Assembly (NCBI GenBank): GCA_033549025.1
Contig: JAWSUS010000019.1
Span: 1 to 64,000 of the forward strand
DNA length: 64,000 nucleotides
Reading direction: 5' to 3'
From: Desulfuromonadales bacterium
Lineage (GTDB): Bacteria > Desulfobacterota > Desulfuromonadia > Desulfuromonadales > SZUA-540
Shown: in pieces, positions 47,795-58,282 of the stretch
Numbering within the stretch: the stretch's first letter is position 1
How the letters are laid out: each line of letters starts with the position of its first letter
Position numbers and translations under genes: made by a program
Notes under the pieces: model-generated
The model's database searches: none
Told to the model about the DNA's origin: nothing
What the model saw: only the letters and a program-made list of their open reading frames with translations

Positions 47795-50472
47795 AATCTG
47801 CCAGCCTGACACGGGATGCGATTCTTGATGAGGCGCAAGAAGGAGCTCTGCTTCTCACGGTGAACAAGCGCCTGGCGCGTCAATTGCGCCAGGCCTTCGA
47901 TCAACGGATGAACCAAAAGGGCTATTTGGCCTGGAGGACGCCTCAGATTCTCAGCCTGAATGTCTGGCTTAGGCAAATCTTGGCTTCACTTGACGATGAT
48001 TCCCAATTTTTAGGCCGCTTTGCCGCTCTGCACCTCTGGGAAAAAGTCATTGAAGAGGATGCGACAGCCACGGAGAATGATCTTCTCCACCTGTCCAAAA
48101 CGGCCCTTCAGGCCGCCGAAGCCCATCAACTTCTGCAGGATTATGGCCTGGAGATCGAAACATCGCACCTTACGGCGGATCAGGAAGCTTTCTGCCGCTG
48201 GCGGCAAGCCTACCAGCAGAGGTGCCGCGAGGGGGACTGGGTCGATGCGGCGGGGCTGCTTGGCATCGCCCTCAGGGAGATAGGCCAAAGGCGGGTTTCC
48301 GTTCCAGCCAGCACCCTGTTTATCGGATTTGACGATATCCCGCCGCAACTTGCCGTCCTTGCCGGGGAGCTTGTTGCCCGATATGGCTGTGAGGCCCGTT
48401 TTGTCACTGTAGAGGGAAGCCCCGGGTGTCCAACGCTGCTGGCCTGCCAGGATCGGCCAGCCGAGGTTCGGGCCGCGGCCATATGGGCCCGAGATCTGCT
48501 GGCGGCGGGAGAAACCAACATCGGGATCGTGGTGCCTGAACTGCCTCGCTATCAGTCCCTGATCAAGAGAATATTCCCGGCGGAAATTGATCCCCGGGCC
48601 AGGCTGAACCCTGCTCTGGAAGAGGAAAGCTTCACCCTCTCCCTCGGGGAGCGCGCGAGTGATATGGGGCTTGTTTTTGCGGCCCTGAAGATTTTGGAAC
48701 CCGGCCTGCGGCTTTCGATGGATGAGGCCAGCTTTTTGCTGCGTACGCCTTATCTTAAGGGCAGTCAGCAGGAGGTCACCACCCGCAGTCGCTGCGAACA
48801 GGGCCTGCGGTTTCTTCGTAAGAAGACCTTTTCCCTGTCCCGTCTTGAGGATGTCAGTCGCAAACAACCATTCTCCTGTCCGCAGATGGGGGATGTCTGG
48901 AAAAGCCTCCGTGAGTTCAGAAGCGGCCATCGCCGGCAGTTGCCTGGAGCCTGGGCCTCCACTTTTTCCCGTCTCCTTGCCGACCTGGGGTGGCCGGGCG
49001 AGAGGGCCTTGAACAGTCAGGATTATCAACTCTACAAGGCCTGGCAGGAAAAAATTCTGCCTCAATTGGCCAGTCTCGATGGCATCAGCCCTCCCGTTAC
49101 CCACGGGACGGCTCTCAGCCTGCTGCGGAGAATAGCCTCTGAAACCGTTTTTCAGCCCGAAGGTCCGCAGAGCCCTCTGCAGATTATGGGGTTGCTGGAA
49201 TCCGCCGGTCTCCAATTCAACCATCTGTGGGTTATGGGCCTGGATGAAGACACCCTGCCTGCCAGGGCTCGGCCTAATCCTTTTCTGCCCGCCTTTTGGC
49301 AAGCCACTCACCAAATGCCTCATTCCAGTGGCGAACGTGAGCTGGAGTACGCGAATCGCGTCTGCTTCCGCCTGTTCAGATCGGCCCCGAACATCATGCT
49401 GAGCTACCCGCAGTGGGAAGGGGACTGTCTTTTGCGCCCCAGCCCCCTGGTGGCTACCATTCCTGTCGGAGCCCCCCCTTTTAATCAAAGCCACGATCCC
49501 ATTCGTCTCCTCAACGCTTCCCGCGCTGAGCTGGATTCTCTGATCGATCAGACCGGACCTCCTGTGTCGGCGGAAGAAAACGTGGGCGGCGGCACCAACG
49601 TGTTAAGGGATCAGGCGCTATGCCCCTTCAGGGGCTTTGCCGGACATCGTCTTCGGGTCAAAGTGCCGCAGGCCAGTGTCCTTGGTATCGACTCCGGCAC
49701 ACGGGGCAACTTGCTGCACGCGGTTCTGGAAAGTTTTTGGTCAATTACTGGCGATTCTGCCGGTCTCGTCGCTTTGAGCGATGAAGAGCTGGCCTTGCGG
49801 GTTGAGGCCTGTATCCAGGACGTGGCACCCCAGTTCTTCATGACAAATGATCCGGATATCCCCCATTTTGTGCAGGACCTCGAAAAAGAGCGCCTCAAAG
49901 AACTGGTCTCTTTCTGGTTGCAGCACGTCGAAAAGAAGCGGTCTTCCTTCGCCGTGCAGGCGGTGGAGTCACGGCAGCTTGTTTCGGTCGGGCCGCTTTC
50001 CCTGGAGGTTCGCGCCGACCGCATCGATCGCCTGCCTGATGACAGCCTGGTGGTCATCGATTACAAGACCGGCCAGCCCGACCTGAAAGGCCTGCTGGAC
50101 CGCCCCCTGCTTGAGCCTCAACTCGCCATCTATGGTTTGAATCCCGTCACCGGCTCAGATTCTCTCGCCGGAGTGGCCTTTGCCGTTATTCGCAGCGACG
50201 AATGCGGTTTTAAGGGGATCACCAAAGAGGAAGATGTCCTGCCGCGGGTGGACTCTGTTGATCAGTCAAAGATATTGATGCGTCAGGGCATAGAGCAGTG
50301 GAATCAGTTGACGCATCGCTGGCTGGAGGACCTCGAAGACATTGCACGAGCCTTTGCCAGCGGCGAGGCCGCCGTGAGACCCGTGGATGAAAGCAGGGCC
50401 TGCCGCTATTGCGACCTCCATCCGTTGTGTCGCGTTTTTGAACAGGATCAGGCCGGGGAGGAGTGCGATTGA
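47791..50472 (+). CDS. addB: AddB-like inactive helicase + PD-(D/E)XK nuclease with Fe-S staple
   Basis: CPF, RG.LLH, RADRID, IDYKTG, QL.IY, CRYCDLHPLCR. Confidence 0.85.
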   Translation: MKSASLTRDAILDEAQEGALLLTVNKRLARQLRQAFDQRMNQKGYLAWRTPQILSLNVWLRQILASLDDDSQFLGRFAALHLWEKVIEEDATATENDLLHLSKTALQAAEAHQLLQDYGLEIETSHLTADQEAFCRWRQAYQQRCREGDWVDAAGLLGIALREIGQRRVSVPASTLFIGFDDIPPQLAVLAGELVARYGCEARFVTVEGSPGCPTLLACQDRPAEVRAAAIWARDLLAAGETNIGIVVPELPRYQSLIKRIFPAEIDPRARLNPALEEESFTLSLGERASDMGLVFAALKILEPGLRLSMDEASFLLRTPYLKGSQQEVTTRSRCEQGLRFLRKKTFSLSRLEDVSRKQPFSCPQMGDVWKSLREFRSGHRRQLPGAWASTFSRLLADLGWPGERALNSQDYQLYKAWQEKILPQLASLDGISPPVTHGTALSLLRRIASETVFQPEGPQSPLQIMGLLESAGLQFNHLWVMGLDEDTLPARARPNPFLPAFWQATHQMPHSSGERELEYANRVCFRLFRSAPNIMLSYPQWEGDCLLRPSPLVATIPVGAPPFNQSHDPIRLLNASRAELDSLIDQTGPPVSAEENVGGGTNVLRDQALCPFRGFAGHRLRVKVPQASVLGIDSGTRGNLLHAVLESFWSITGDSAGLVALSDEELALRVEACIQDVAPQFFMTNDPDIPHFVQDLEKERLKELVSFWLQHVEKKRSSFAVQAVESRQLVSVGPLSLEVRADRIDRLPDDSLVVIDYKTGQPDLKGLLDRPLLEPQLAIYGLNPVTGSDSLAGVAFAVIRSDECGFKGITKEEDVLPRVDSVDQSKILMRQGIEQWNQLTHRWLEDLEDIARAFASGEAAVRPVDESRACRYCDLHPLCRVFEQDQAGEECD

Positions 50473-53400
50473 ACCAGACGGAAACCATGACTCTTGCCGA
50501 TGCCCGGCAAAGGGAGCAGGGCGTTGATCCCCAGCGTTCCTTCATTGTCCAGGCACCCGCCGGGTCCGGCAAGACCGAACTCCTTATTCAGCGTTTTCTG
50601 GCTTTGCTGGCGACGGTAGGCCGTCCTGATGACATTCTGGCGATCACCTTCACACGAAAAGCGGCCGGGGAGATGAGGCACCGCCTGCTGGAATCTCTCA
50701 GCAGTGCGCAAGGACCCAAGCCGGAAAAGCCACATGCCGCGCGAACCTGGGAACTCGCCCGCCAGGCCCTTGATCGTGACCGTGTCCTGGGGTGGAACAT
50801 CCTGGGGAACCCTTCGCTTTTGACCATCCAGACGATTGACAGTTTCAATGCCTCCCTCGTTCGCCGTATGCCCTGGTTGTCTCGCTTGGGAGGCATGCCG
50901 GATGTGGCCGATGACCCGGCGCCCCTGTACCGACAAGCCTGCGAAAACGTACTGGCCCGACTTCAGGGGGATCAAGAAGGGCATGAGGCCGTCAAGGTAC
51001 TGCTGGCTCATCTCGACAATCGCCTGGATAAGCTGCAGGGGCTGCTGACCAGCATGCTGCCCCGTCGTGACCAGTGGCTCCGCCATGTGGTGCAAGGGAA
51101 TCCTCAAAGCGAGCGGGCTGAACTGGAGGATGCCCTGGCCGGCCTGATCGCCAGGCAGCTTTTCCTCCTCGCTGAAAACATACCTGAATCTCTGCGGCCT
51201 GATTTGCTTAGGACGGCCCGATTTGCCGCTGAAAATCTGCCCGAGGGCGATGCCCGGCCTCTCGGTGCCCTGCACTCCGTCAGCCGTTTCCCCGGGGAGA
51301 ATCCGGATGATCTGCCTGCCTGGCAGGGGCTGGCCGATTTGCTGTTGACCGCCAAAGGAACCTTTCGCCAGGCTCTTAATGCTACGATCGGCTTGCCGCC
51401 GGGTGCCGGCCCCAATCGAGACATGAAGGAAGCCTTGAAGGAGGTTATCCGGCAACTCGAGGATATTCCCGGCCTGGCGGAGCAACTGAGGCAGGTTTCC
51501 ATGCTGCCGCCGCCCGTCTACACCGACGAGCAGTGGGAGGTGCTGTCATCGCTCATCGACGTTTTGCTGCTGGCTGCCGCTGAACTCTGGCTGGTCTTTG
51601 GCCATAAGAGCCAGGCCGATTACGGGGAGATTGCCTTGAAGGCCCTGACCGCCCTGCAGGCCGGAGGGCAGCCTTCCGAACTCCTTTTGAGACTGGACAA
51701 CAAAATTCAACATGTTCTGGTCGATGAATTCCAGGACACCTCCTTTCAGCAGTATTTCCTGCTGGAAGCCCTTACGTCGGGCTGGACCCCAGGTGACGGG
51801 CGAACGCTCTTTGTCGTGGGAGATCCCATGCAGTCCATTTATCGGTTTCGCGAAGCCGAAGTGGGACTTTTCCTGCAAGTCCGCAAACAGGGCCTGGCCG
51901 CCTTACGGCTGGAGGCGCTCAACCTGAGTGCCAATTTCCGGTCACAGGAAAAGATCGTACGCTGGATCAACGCCAGTTTTTCCGCACTGTTCCCTCGTCA
52001 GGAGGACGAGTCCAGGGGCGCCGTTACCTACAGCCCGGCCGATGCTGTTCATCCGGCCTTGCCAGGGGAGGCCGTGACCTTTCACCCGCTAATCGACAAG
52101 AACGCCGCCGCGGAAGCCGACCTTTTGGTGAAGATCGTGAAGGAAAACCTCCAGCACCGTCCCTCGGAAGATTTGGCGATCCTCGTGCGCTCGCGCCCCC
52201 ATTTGACCAAAATTCTGCAGGCGCTGCGGCGGGCCGGAATCAGCTATCAGGCGCACGAAATCGATTCCCTCAAGCAAAGGCCGGTGGCTCAGGATATCCT
52301 GTCCCTGACCATGGCCTTGCTTCATCCGGCTGACCGGTTGGCGTGGCTGGCCGTCCTGCGAGCCCCCTGGTGCGGTTTGACCCTGGCCGATCTTCATATT
52401 TTGAGTCATGCCGGCGTGGACAGAACGGTCCTTGACCAGATTCAGGAGCCTAAAACCTTAAGTCTTCTGTCCCCGGACGGCCGCAAACGTCTTTGCCGCG
52501 TCGTCCCGGTTCTCACCAACGGGCTCCGATATAAAGGACGAATCGGCGTGCGCCAGCTGGTGGAGAGCAGCTGGACCTCCCTCGGCGGGTCAGCCTGTGT
52601 CGAGCCTGCCGATCTGGCTGATGCCGACACGGTCTTCAGCCTGTTGGAGCGGCACGACGCCGGTGGCGATATCGAATCATTCGAGGCGCTGAAAGAAAGC
52701 TTGTCCAAGCTCTTCGCTGCGGCGGATGCCTCCAGCAATGCCCGCCTTCAGGTCATGACCATCCACAAGGCCAAGGGGCTGGAATTCGATACGGTGATTC
52801 TTCCGGGTCTGGGCCATCCCCCCCGCCGTATCGACAAACCTCTCATGCGCTGGCTGGAATCCCCACCATGGGGGTTGTTGATGGCTCCCATCGAGTCTCA
52901 GGGGCCCAAAGACAAGAACCCTCTGTTCGACCTGTTGGGCCGTATAGAGCAGGACAAGGAAGACCTCGAGGTGACCCGCCTTCTTTACGTCGCGGCCACG
53001 CGGGCCTGTCATCGTCTCCACCTGATCGGACATGCCCGGCGCAACCGGGACAATGCCTTTGCCCCGGCCGGGGGTTCCCTTTTGCAGAAACTGTGGCCGG
53101 TGGTGGAAGACGCTTTTTCAGGGCTGCCACAGGATTCCGAAGCCGCGGCAGAAGAGTCGGACGCTCTGGTTCAAAACGGACCCCTTCGCCGCCTGCCGGT
53201 CGATTGGACCCTGCCGGTCTTTCCCACCTCTCACTTTGCGGCCGCTCCTGCCGTGCTGACCCCGTCAGGCAGCAGGGACGAGGCCAGCCTTTTTTCCGGT
53301 TGGGAGTCTGAAACCGCTCGTCATGTGGGAACCGTCGCCCACGCCTACCTTGAAGCTTTTGCCCGGGCAGGCACTGCCCAGTGGGACGAAAACCGTCTTG

Positions 53401-53834
53401 AGAGGCGCCGCTCGACCATTGTCAGAGAACTGAATGCCTTGGGCGTTCCCCTGGAAGAGGCGGGGCAGGGGGCCGAGAAGGTGCTGCGAGCTCTGCGAAC
53501 TGTTCTGGCGAGCAAAAGGGGCCAATGGATTCTAGATAACCATGAGCAGTCCGAGACGGAGGTGCCACTCTCCGGTGTCATCGAGGGGCGGCAGGTTCAT
53601 GCCATCATTGACAGGACTTTTGTCGACGGACGGGGAGTGCGCTGGATCATCGACTACAAGGTCACCGAGGATCCGGGCATGAGCCCTGAGCCGTTTATGC
53701 TGAGAGAAGCACAGAAGTACGCCCCCCAGCTCGCTGCCTATGTGGGTCTTTACGCCAGCCTTGAGCCTTCTCGCCCCGTACGCTCCGCCCTGTATTTCCC
53801 TCTGTTTGATGGCTGGTGGGAACTGGCAGAATAG
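50469..53834 (+). CDS. addA: AddA-like UvrD helicase-nuclease
   Basis: APAGSGKT, TFTRKAA, DEFQDT, GDPMQSIYRFR, TIHKAKGLEF, YVA.TRA, IIDYK; TTG at 50469 after GGAGGAG. Confidence 0.9.
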   Translation: MNQTETMTLADARQREQGVDPQRSFIVQAPAGSGKTELLIQRFLALLATVGRPDDILAITFTRKAAGEMRHRLLESLSSAQGPKPEKPHAARTWELARQALDRDRVLGWNILGNPSLLTIQTIDSFNASLVRRMPWLSRLGGMPDVADDPAPLYRQACENVLARLQGDQEGHEAVKVLLAHLDNRLDKLQGLLTSMLPRRDQWLRHVVQGNPQSERAELEDALAGLIARQLFLLAENIPESLRPDLLRTARFAAENLPEGDARPLGALHSVSRFPGENPDDLPAWQGLADLLLTAKGTFRQALNATIGLPPGAGPNRDMKEALKEVIRQLEDIPGLAEQLRQVSMLPPPVYTDEQWEVLSSLIDVLLLAAAELWLVFGHKSQADYGEIALKALTALQAGGQPSELLLRLDNKIQHVLVDEFQDTSFQQYFLLEALTSGWTPGDGRTLFVVGDPMQSIYRFREAEVGLFLQVRKQGLAALRLEALNLSANFRSQEKIVRWINASFSALFPRQEDESRGAVTYSPADAVHPALPGEAVTFHPLIDKNAAAEADLLVKIVKENLQHRPSEDLAILVRSRPHLTKILQALRRAGISYQAHEIDSLKQRPVAQDILSLTMALLHPADRLAWLAVLRAPWCGLTLADLHILSHAGVDRTVLDQIQEPKTLSLLSPDGRKRLCRVVPVLTNGLRYKGRIGVRQLVESSWTSLGGSACVEPADLADADTVFSLLERHDAGGDIESFEALKESLSKLFAAADASSNARLQVMTIHKAKGLEFDTVILPGLGHPPRRIDKPLMRWLESPPWGLLMAPIESQGPKDKNPLFDLLGRIEQDKEDLEVTRLLYVAATRACHRLHLIGHARRNRDNAFAPAGGSLLQKLWPVVEDAFSGLPQDSEAAAEESDALVQNGPLRRLPVDWTLPVFPTSHFAAAPAVLTPSGSRDEASLFSGWESETARHVGTVAHAYLEAFARAGTAQWDENRLERRRSTIVRELNALGVPLEEAGQGAEKVLRALRTVLASKRGQWILDNHEQSETEVPLSGVIEGRQVHAIIDRTFVDGRGVRWIIDYKVTEDPGMSPEPFMLREAQKYAPQLAAYVGLYASLEPSRPVRSALYFPLFDGWWELAE

Positions 53835-53940
53835 ACAGACGGACTTTGTTTTCCCTTTTTGGAGCATCCTGTGGTAAACTGTTCAAGTTCAATCCAACAA
53901 AACATACCACATCATTTCAATCAGATGGAGCCCACACTTC

Positions 53941-56106
53941 ATGTTTAACCTTAAATATCTAAAGCGACTGACCTGGAAATCCGGCCTGGTCGTGCTGCTG
54001 TTTTTGCTTTTGACCAGTTTTTCCGGCGCCCTGAATGTTCCGCAGATCACCGACTCCGAAGAGGCGGGAAGGGCCAAGCTGCTCAGCTATATTCTGCGGC
54101 ACCAGCTTATCATGGCCCATTTCAGCCACAAGCAGATGGACGACGAACTGTCCAGCGCGGCATACGATCTCTATCTGAAGCAACTCGATTTTCAGAAACG
54201 TTTTCTGCTGAAGAAGGATTTGAAAAAGCTGGAGTCTTTTCGAACGGCTATCGATGACGAAATGAACCTCGGCAAGATTACCTTGCCCACCGTGGCTTCA
54301 GCCATTCTGCGAGAACGGGTGGAGCAGGTCTCCCAAATGGTTGAGGGCATCCTTTCCCAGGACCTTGACTACGACAAGCCGGAGGACCTTGAGACCGACC
54401 CGGAAAAGCTGGACTACTGCACCACTCTGGACGAACTTCGCCAAAGGTGGCGTAAAAACCTTAAATATCAGGTGATCGTTCGTTATCTCAACCTGCGTGA
54501 AGATCAGGAAAATGCGACGGCGGACAAGGACCAGGCCACGCTTTCCGAGGACGCCCTCTTTCAGGAGGCTCGCGAAAAAGTCCTTAAAAGCCAGAAAGAC
54601 TTCCTGGAACGCATGCAACAGGAGACCCTGCGGGATCACTTTGACCGCTATTTCAATACGGTAGCCCGGGCGTTCGATCCCCATTCCAATTACATGCCGC
54701 CTACCGAGAAGGAAGACTTCGATATCAGCATGCGCGGCTCGCTCGAAGGCATCGGGGCCCTGCTCAGGGAAGAGGACGGGTATATCAAGGTCGTCAGCAT
54801 CATACCCGGCAGTGCCGCCGCCAAGCAGGGCCAGTTGCAGGCGGAGGATGTCATTCTGAAAGTGGGGGAGGGTTCCGGGGAACCCGTCGATGTGACCGAT
54901 ACGCGCATCCGGGATGCCGTGACCCTGATTCGGGGCAAAAAGGGATCGGAAGTGCGCCTCACCGTCAAAAAGAGCGACGGTTCGCAGATGATTATCCCCA
55001 TTGTGCGCGATGTGGTCCAGATTGAGGAATCCTTCGTCAAGTCGGCTGTGCTTCCCGGGCCGCAAAAGGGCCTCTCTTACGGCTACATCAAAATCCCTTC
55101 TTTTTACCGGGACTTTGCCGCTACGCAGAACGGCAAAAAAGGTCGCAACTCCACCGATGACGTGCTGGCCGAACTGGAAAGCTTTAAAAAAGAGGGTATA
55201 GACGGACTGATTCTCGATTTGCGCAATAACGGCGGCGGTTCGCTGATGGATGCCGTCTCCATTACCGGCCTCTTTATCGAAACCGGTCCTGTCGTCCTGA
55301 TCAAGAGCAGTGACGGTCGCATGGAAACTCTCGAAGACCGCGATCCTTTTATCGGCTACAAAGGTCCCCTGATCGTGCTGGTCAATCGCTTCAGTGCGTC
55401 AGCTTCCGAAATCGTCGCCGGCGCTTTGCAGGATTACGGCCGTGCTATCGTTGTCGGCGGGGAGCACACCCATGGCAAAGGAACGGTGCAGGCCATGATC
55501 GACCTGAACCAGCGGGTTCCCTTCCTCAATATGGGCAAATACCTGCCCCTGGGCGCCTTAAAGGTCACCACCCAGAAGTTCTACCGGATCACGGGGGAAT
55601 CCACCCAATATCGCGGTATCGTTCCGGACATTGTTCTGCCAGACAATCTCGAACATCTGAAAACGGGGGAGCAATACCTGGATCACTCCCTGCCCTGGGA
55701 TACGGTAGCGGAAACGGCCTTTCGCCCCTGGAGTGAGCCTCTAGGCGACCTCAATGACTTGCGTCGGACCAGTGAAAAGCGCATAAGTCGGGACGAGGAC
55801 TTTGCCAAGATCATCGAGCAGAATGGAGCCGCCTTGGCGCGACGGGACAAGACCCTGCAGGCGATTGACCTGGCATCCGTTCACCAGGAGTGGCAGGAGA
55901 GCAAAGCCCGCCTAGAAGCCGAAGGGGGAGCCCCCCACAGTGTCGCGGACAAGAAAGATGATCAAAAGACGGAAGAGTTGAGCGAGAAAGAAAAACACCG
56001 GCGATGGATTGATGACCTCCAGGAAGATCCCTACACGCGCGAGGCCATGGCAATTCTCGTGAACATGCGCAAAGGGGCCCCTCGGGTGAAGGCGGCCAGA
56101 AAGTAA
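53941..56106 (+). CDS. prc: Carboxy-terminal processing (tail-specific) protease
   Basis: DPHS.Y, LEGIGA PDZ, DLRNNGGG, SASASEI, GKGTVQ. Confidence 0.95.
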   Translation: MFNLKYLKRLTWKSGLVVLLFLLLTSFSGALNVPQITDSEEAGRAKLLSYILRHQLIMAHFSHKQMDDELSSAAYDLYLKQLDFQKRFLLKKDLKKLESFRTAIDDEMNLGKITLPTVASAILRERVEQVSQMVEGILSQDLDYDKPEDLETDPEKLDYCTTLDELRQRWRKNLKYQVIVRYLNLREDQENATADKDQATLSEDALFQEAREKVLKSQKDFLERMQQETLRDHFDRYFNTVARAFDPHSNYMPPTEKEDFDISMRGSLEGIGALLREEDGYIKVVSIIPGSAAAKQGQLQAEDVILKVGEGSGEPVDVTDTRIRDAVTLIRGKKGSEVRLTVKKSDGSQMIIPIVRDVVQIEESFVKSAVLPGPQKGLSYGYIKIPSFYRDFAATQNGKKGRNSTDDVLAELESFKKEGIDGLILDLRNNGGGSLMDAVSITGLFIETGPVVLIKSSDGRMETLEDRDPFIGYKGPLIVLVNRFSASASEIVAGALQDYGRAIVVGGEHTHGKGTVQAMIDLNQRVPFLNMGKYLPLGALKVTTQKFYRITGESTQYRGIVPDIVLPDNLEHLKTGEQYLDHSLPWDTVAETAFRPWSEPLGDLNDLRRTSEKRISRDEDFAKIIEQNGAALARRDKTLQAIDLASVHQEWQESKARLEAEGGAPHSVADKKDDQKTEELSEKEKHRRWIDDLQEDPYTREAMAILVNMRKGAPRVKAARK

Positions 56107-56134
56107 AGTCCGGAGCGGTTTGTGGTGCCATGAA

Positions 56135-56179
56135 AAAACAGCCTGGCAGTCCTTTTTCTCGAGGATGCCAGGCTGTTTT
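56135..56179. terminator. Bidirectional terminator between convergent prc and bioA
   Basis: AAAACAGCCTGGCA...TGCCAGGCTGTTTT. Confidence 0.8.
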
Positions 56180-56184
56180 GCACA

Positions 56185-57534
56185 TTACGAACGTGTTACC
56201 TCTGCAATCGCCTCGTAGGCCACGTCGAGAATCTCTCGCAGTTCCTTTTCCATTGCGGTCAAAGGCGGCATGCAGTAAATGACATTTCCCAATGGACGAA
56301 GGACAACGCCTCGCTCTAGGGCGCGTTTGTATACTTCCAACCCCTTTCTTTCCTGCCAGGGGTAAGGCATCTTGCCTGCTTTCTCTTTGACCATTTCAGC
56401 AGCCCAGACCATACCCAACTGACGGACTTCACCGACATGGGGCAAAGCCTCAAAACGCGACCGGCTGTCGACCAGCTGGGCTGTTTTGGGGGCCAGGGAG
56501 TTCAGAATGTCCTCCTGCTCGAAAATATGGAGAACTTCCACGGCCACGGCGCAGGCCAGGGGGTTGCCCGTATAGGAATGGGAATGGAGAAACGCCTTGA
56601 GGTCGACGTAATCCCCATAGAATGCGTCGTACATCCGGTCCGTGGCAAGGACCACGGCCAGAGGCATGGTGCCTCCCGTGATGCCCTTGGAAAGGCACAG
56701 GAGATCGGGAGAAACACCGGCATGGTCATTGGCGAACATTTTACCCGTCCGACCGAAACCCGTGGCGATTTCGTCAGCGATGTAATGAACCTCAAAGCGG
56801 TCGCAGAGTTCGCGCAACTGGCGCAGGTAGCTTGGCGGATAGATGCGCATGCCGGCGGCTGCCTGCAGAAGAGGCTCGACAATGATGCCGGCAATTTCTT
56901 GATGCCGGTCCGCCACCAATTTCCCCAGAGCCTCAAAGCAGGGCGCCGGGCAGGATTCCCGCTCCAGTCCGTAGGGACAGCGAAAGCAATCGGGGCCCTG
57001 TACCTGAAATCCCTCCAGCAGGATAGGGCGATAGATGTCCTTGTAGAGGCTGCAGCCGCTTACCGATAAAGCCCCCACCGTTTCACCATGATAGGCGTCC
57101 GTCAGGGAGACAAATTTGGTTTTCTGCGGTCGCTGCGTCTGCTGCCAATACTGAAAGCTCATCTTCAGGGCCGCTTCCACGGCGGAGGAACCATTGTCGG
57201 TAAAAAACACCCGGTTCAGACCAGCCGGAGCCAGACGGCAGAGCCTGCTGGCGAGTTCCACCGCGGGCTCATGGGTGAAACCGGCAAAAATGTGATGAGA
57301 GACTTTGTCAATCTGGGTCTTCAAGGCATTGTTGAGTCGAGGATGGTTGTGGCCAAAGAGGTTGACCCACCAGGACGATACGGCATCGATGTAGCGGCGG
57401 CCGGATTTGTCTATGAGGTAGACCCCCTCGGCGCGCTCAATAGCAATCGGCGGAAGTTTTTCATGGTCTTTTTGCTGGGTGCAGGGGTGCCAGACATGGT
57501 CCCTGTCCAGCTGGAGGAGAGTCTGGGTATCCAT
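56185..57534 (-). CDS. bioA: Adenosylmethionine-8-amino-7-oxononanoate aminotransferase
   Basis: WHP.TQ, SSWW, YHGET.G, DEIATGFGRTG, SKGITGG. Confidence 0.97.
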   Translation of the reverse strand: MDTQTLLQLDRDHVWHPCTQQKDHEKLPPIAIERAEGVYLIDKSGRRYIDAVSSWWVNLFGHNHPRLNNALKTQIDKVSHHIFAGFTHEPAVELASRLCRLAPAGLNRVFFTDNGSSAVEAALKMSFQYWQQTQRPQKTKFVSLTDAYHGETVGALSVSGCSLYKDIYRPILLEGFQVQGPDCFRCPYGLERESCPAPCFEALGKLVADRHQEIAGIIVEPLLQAAAGMRIYPPSYLRQLRELCDRFEVHYIADEIATGFGRTGKMFANDHAGVSPDLLCLSKGITGGTMPLAVVLATDRMYDAFYGDYVDLKAFLHSHSYTGNPLACAVAVEVLHIFEQEDILNSLAPKTAQLVDSRSRFEALPHVGEVRQLGMVWAAEMVKEKAGKMPYPWQERKGLEVYKRALERGVVLRPLGNVIYCMPPLTAMEKELREILDVAYEAIAEVTRS

Positions 57535-57541
57535 CACCAAT

Positions 57542-58282
57542 CTATCCCTTGTTTGCAATCAGGTGGCGAAGGCCGAAATTCATCAGCATCCAGGGGAGAG
57601 TATTCAGGCCGGCAATTTCGTGGGCCAGAGCCGACACAACGTCGCGTGGGGTCCCATGATGGTGCGAAAGAACCCCCAGCAGATCGGCGGAAGCCAGGGT
57701 TACCAGTGTCTTGGGAGCGGAGGCGCAGGCTTCGTCGGGGGCCTCCGGCATGTTGTTGATCATGAAACCCGCACAGGGAATGGACATCCCTTGTGCGGCA
57801 AAAGTCGTCAGCAGGGTGTGGTTGACCGTTCCCAGGTCGGGACGGGCTACAACGACGAGAGGATAGCCCAATTGTCTGGCGAGGTCGGCCAGCAGAAGAC
57901 CGCCAGCCAAGGGAACCATAAGACCTCCGGCCCCTTCGATCAGAAGGAAATCATGCCGTTGACGCAGGGTTTCAGCCGCAGCCAGGATAACGGAAACGTC
58001 GATGGCGCGATCTTCCTTTTTTGCCGCCACGGACGGAGCCAGCGGGGCTTTGAAGCGATAGGGGGTGATCAGGTCCGGTTCATCGCTGGAGTCCGCTGCC
58101 CATTGCAGAAGTTCGCCATCTTCGCCCAGGCGGGCGGTATCGGCCACGCCGGTTTCCACGGGCTTCATGACACCGACATTGACACCACGACCCCGCAGAT
58201 AAAGGGCAAGGGCCGCCGTAATCATCGTTTTGCCGACGCCCGTATCGGTACCTGTTACGAAAACACCTGACTCAGAGTTCAT
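57542..58282 (-). CDS. bioD: Dethiobiotin synthase
   Basis: FVTGTDTGVGKT, KPVETG, EGAGG, LGT.NHT. Confidence 0.97.
   Translation of the reverse strand: MNSESGVFVTGTDTGVGKTMITAALALYLRGRGVNVGVMKPVETGVADTARLGEDGELLQWAADSSDEPDLITPYRFKAPLAPSVAAKKEDRAIDVSVILAAAETLRQRHDFLLIEGAGGLMVPLAGGLLLADLARQLGYPLVVVARPDLGTVNHTLLTTFAAQGMSIPCAGFMINNMPEAPDEACASAPKTLVTLASADLLGVLSHHHGTPRDVVSALAHEIAGLNTLPWMLMNFGLRHLIANKG

Noticed and set aside
48010..49494. Long antisense ORFs (494 aa here; also 8301-9470, 19401-20438, 34024-35073, 50448-51485 and others)
   Set aside because: They mirror well-supported sense genes, have no recognisable motifs or RBS, and are expected shadows in GC-rich coding DNA.
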